A DNA stretch of 64,000 nt from Entomortierella parvispora E1425 (lineage: Eukaryota > Fungi > Mortierellomycota), in NCBI GenBank assembly GCA_020891255.1, contig BQFW01000010.1, forward strand, positions 1,550,001-1,614,000, given 5' to 3'. A program made the position numbers and the translations under genes. Below the pieces are notes generated by a model that worked only from the letters and a program-made list of their open reading frames with translations, was not told the DNA's origin and searched no databases. Of the stretch, positions 61,501 to 64,000 are shown one piece after another; positions within the stretch are counted from its first letter, which is position 1, and each line of letters begins with the position of its first letter.

Positions 61501-64000
61501 TCCAAAGTTAATACCAACTTTGACGAGTCCACGCTCCTCGTCTTGACTGGGATTCAGGCTAAAGGGTCGAGAAATGTGTACCTGGAAGGCGGTATTGTGG
61601 CTCAACTGGGCATCCGTTTAGCATGTCAGTTGCGGAGGTATTTTATTGATCAGGCGGCTGGCATTGCGACGAGTCTTCCTCAGTCCCCCATAAGGAACGG
61701 CTACATCAGGCTAAGCGAGCTGGACCTTTGGAACCATTTCCAGTATGTTTGGGATATATTCAACTTTATCATGGTTATACGGAACGCCGAAAAGACCCTC
61801 CAAGGCCTTCCTGCATCCACCCAACAGAACTTCAAGCTAGAACTCAACGAATTACCTCCCGGTTGGCTCCTCACAAAGCTGGTGACACCCCTCGGCAAGG
61901 GAGACAAAGACAAGGTCACCACTGCCACGATCCAAGAGATGTCTGATCTGAGAGCATACCTGGTAAATGATGCCTCGGACAAGAGTGTTAGTTCGAGCGA
62001 GTTCTTGATGGCACAGCGGAGGATACCAGATGCTACCAACCTGGTGCGCGGACAACCAAAAAACTTTTTGCCGTCGTATCTACACAGAGGATCGATCGTC
62101 ACCAATGGGTCCCACGCCTACCTCTCAACTGTTGATCTCCGGATTCGGAAGCAACAACGATTTATCACAGAGATATTCGAGGAGGGGGGAGGGTTCCGCA
62201 GGAGACATGTCCTCTCCCCTGATAATCGAAAGTTGCTACCAAACTTGTCAACAGCCGTCCCTAGCCAGGAATCACTGACGGCAATGTTTCCAGACACAAC
62301 CAGGGTGGACATTGGCGCGATTGACCTTGGCAAGGAGTTTATGGTCGGATTTGCCTGCAAGCGCTATGACAGTGACGACTTTATCTATACGATCAGTGCA
62401 AAGACAAGGGCAGTGTACCAACCGTCCAATCGACGTCGGAGCGAAGTCAACAGATTGAAGAACAACACCATCATTGACATCCCGGTTGGAGAGAGCGCCA
62501 AGTTGATCCCACCACGCAAGTTCACTCCAGGAATGACCACGACTGGTCAGGCCATAGCAATGTATGAAACAAGGCTAGAGTCGATGGACAACAACCCAAA
62601 GGGACGGATCCAGGAAAAGTTGACCCCAGAGTACCATTTACTCTCTTCGTTCTACAACAAAAGGCCATCGACATCAAAAGAGTGAGGCACAAACGAAGCG
62701 TGCGACAACGGCAGAGCTAGACATTCTGACCAACCATATCTTAACAGCCATGGGGACACATCTGCGCGTGCAAGAGGATGGTCAGCCCAGACCGAGGGGA
62801 GTAATTTCCATCGGGCAGGACGGGAAGCGTGGGTTCTCGTCAGTGTCAAAGGGCTACGAGATGTCCAAGCACAACACGTTTCTGGACCACTTTGTGCCAC
62901 GGGTAATTTTTTTTCTTTCACCTTTTTTTTTTTTTTTTTTTTTTCGGATCTGTCAAGGTCCAGTCAACAGGAACAAGAGACTAACAGTTGTTCCACGATT
63001 CATGTCTACAACCATTGCAACTAGGCCCGAAGACTTGGCTACATCATTGTTGGTTTGCCAGAGTATTATACCTCCCGCCGTTGCCCAAAGTGTCAGAGCA
63101 GCGGCATCTCCGAGCAGGACTTTGTGGGCTATATAGGAATACGCCGTGCCCATTGTGTCCGCTGTGGGACATGGTTCCACCGGGATCTTCTTGCTGCTTC
63201 CAACATGGTCGTAGCGACCAGGTACTACCTGGACCACCTCTCGCGCCCTGCCTACCTTTTGCCAATCACAAAGGACGAGAAATTTGTCTTTGACCAAAGG
63301 TATGGACCCAACCTTCCACCGGGTGTGCCAGCCAACAAAATCATTCGCCGTGGTGAATCTGGTGATCAGCCAGACATTGCCAGTTCGAGCAGTTCAAGCG
63401 CACCACCACCTCCTCCACCACCACCGTCGCCGCCAGGTAAGGCAACTCTGCTGCTCGTGCTTTTATAGGTTTATAGACCATGTGCTGCTGAATGTCCTCT
63501 TGACGTCCTCTTGACCACATTTCACATTGTATTTTCTCAGGCACTCTGCAGACACCGAAGTTGAGCCGAAAGGACGCCCAAAAGCAGAGGCAAGCACAGA
63601 CTCTAGCCCAGCTTGGCTCAGGGTCAGCTGCAGGGTCAAGTTCTACGCAAGTGCAGGCAGAAGGCCCTCCACCAAAGAAGCGACGCACTCGTCCTGCTGC
63701 AAAGAGGACGGCACCGCAGACACTGGCACAGATACCGCAAGGATCATGGACAAGTTCAGCTCTGGGTTCGCAAACGCACAGTCAGGCTCAGGCCCAGACA
63801 CAGGCCCAGGCGTCATGGACACCAGAGCAAAGGTCGTTTCTTTCACCCACTCAGTCATCACAAAGACAAAGCTATGCAGCCATTGCAGCAGTGGGAGTGG
63901 CACAGGCACAGGCACGGCAAGGACCAGCATCAGCGTCAAGTTCGCAAGCTCGTCCACGGATGCAACCCCAAACACGACAGCAGACACAGAGTCAGCCACA
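58579..64000 (+). CDS. FEN1/XPG-like PIN nuclease fused to a TnpB/Fanzor-like RuvC-zinc-finger nuclease; 5 exons visible, +1 frameshift at 62659-62662, 3'-partial
   Basis: Exons are 58579..59491, 59589..59907, 60006..62902, 63025..63436 and 63541..>64000. PIN motifs: MGxxGL, ILVD, FIDG, GEAD, GNDCDY, KTDY, GFG. RuvC motifs: GAIDLG (D 62323), GLPEYYTSRRCPKC (E 63061), HCVRC, HRDLLAASNM (D 63184). Confidence 0.85.

Noticed and set aside
62682-62747. GTGAGG...TTAACAG as an intron that removes the stop at 62685
   Set aside because: Splicing it leaves the downstream exon out of frame with the E/zinc-finger exon and deletes a plausible conserved helix.
1-64000. CRISPR array, rRNA, telomeric repeats, LTR/RT genes
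   Set aside because: None seen. The repeats present are microsatellites, homopolymers or the short CRN-flanking motif.

Overview
This is eukaryotic, gene-dense fungal DNA with short GT-AG introns, microsatellites and polyQ tracts. The gene set looks like Mortierellaceae (Mucoromycota); that assignment is an inference. Core genes I can support: a TALE homeobox gene, a METTL21-type methyltransferase, Ldb17/Dip1 (SPIN90-like), a Pex22-like peroxin, CAB2/PPCS, tRNA-Ile(AAT), cysteine synthase, a paxillin-like 4-LIM protein, a LAMMER kinase, mitoribosomal mS38/Cox24, a GATA factor and a PTS2-bearing acyl-CoA oxidase. There are three accessory patches. (1) 2.7-6.1 kb: a frameshifted DDE (Harbinger-like) transposase remnant, a Crinkler gene with a restriction-endonuclease-like C-terminus, and a repeated ~40-bp motif. 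(2) 24.2-26.7 kb: an intronless class I glutamine-amidotransferase-like gene right after the tRNA, plus decayed coding sequence. (3) 58.6 kb to the window end, the main result: one spliced gene of >1,660 aa joining an N-terminal FEN1/XPG-like PIN 5' nuclease, with all seven acidic active-site positions recognisable, to a C-terminal TnpB/Fanzor-type RuvC-zinc finger (D...E...D triad with the Fanzor-style relocated Glu). A single +1 frameshift interrupts it, and it runs off the window, so any omegaRNA or right end cannot be seen. Other notable items are a secreted C-type-lectin-like protein, a stand-alone integrase HHCC zinc finger on a polyQ protein, a GC-AG intron, and a GATC cluster upstream of the GATA factor. 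All family assignments come from motif recognition by eye, not database searches.
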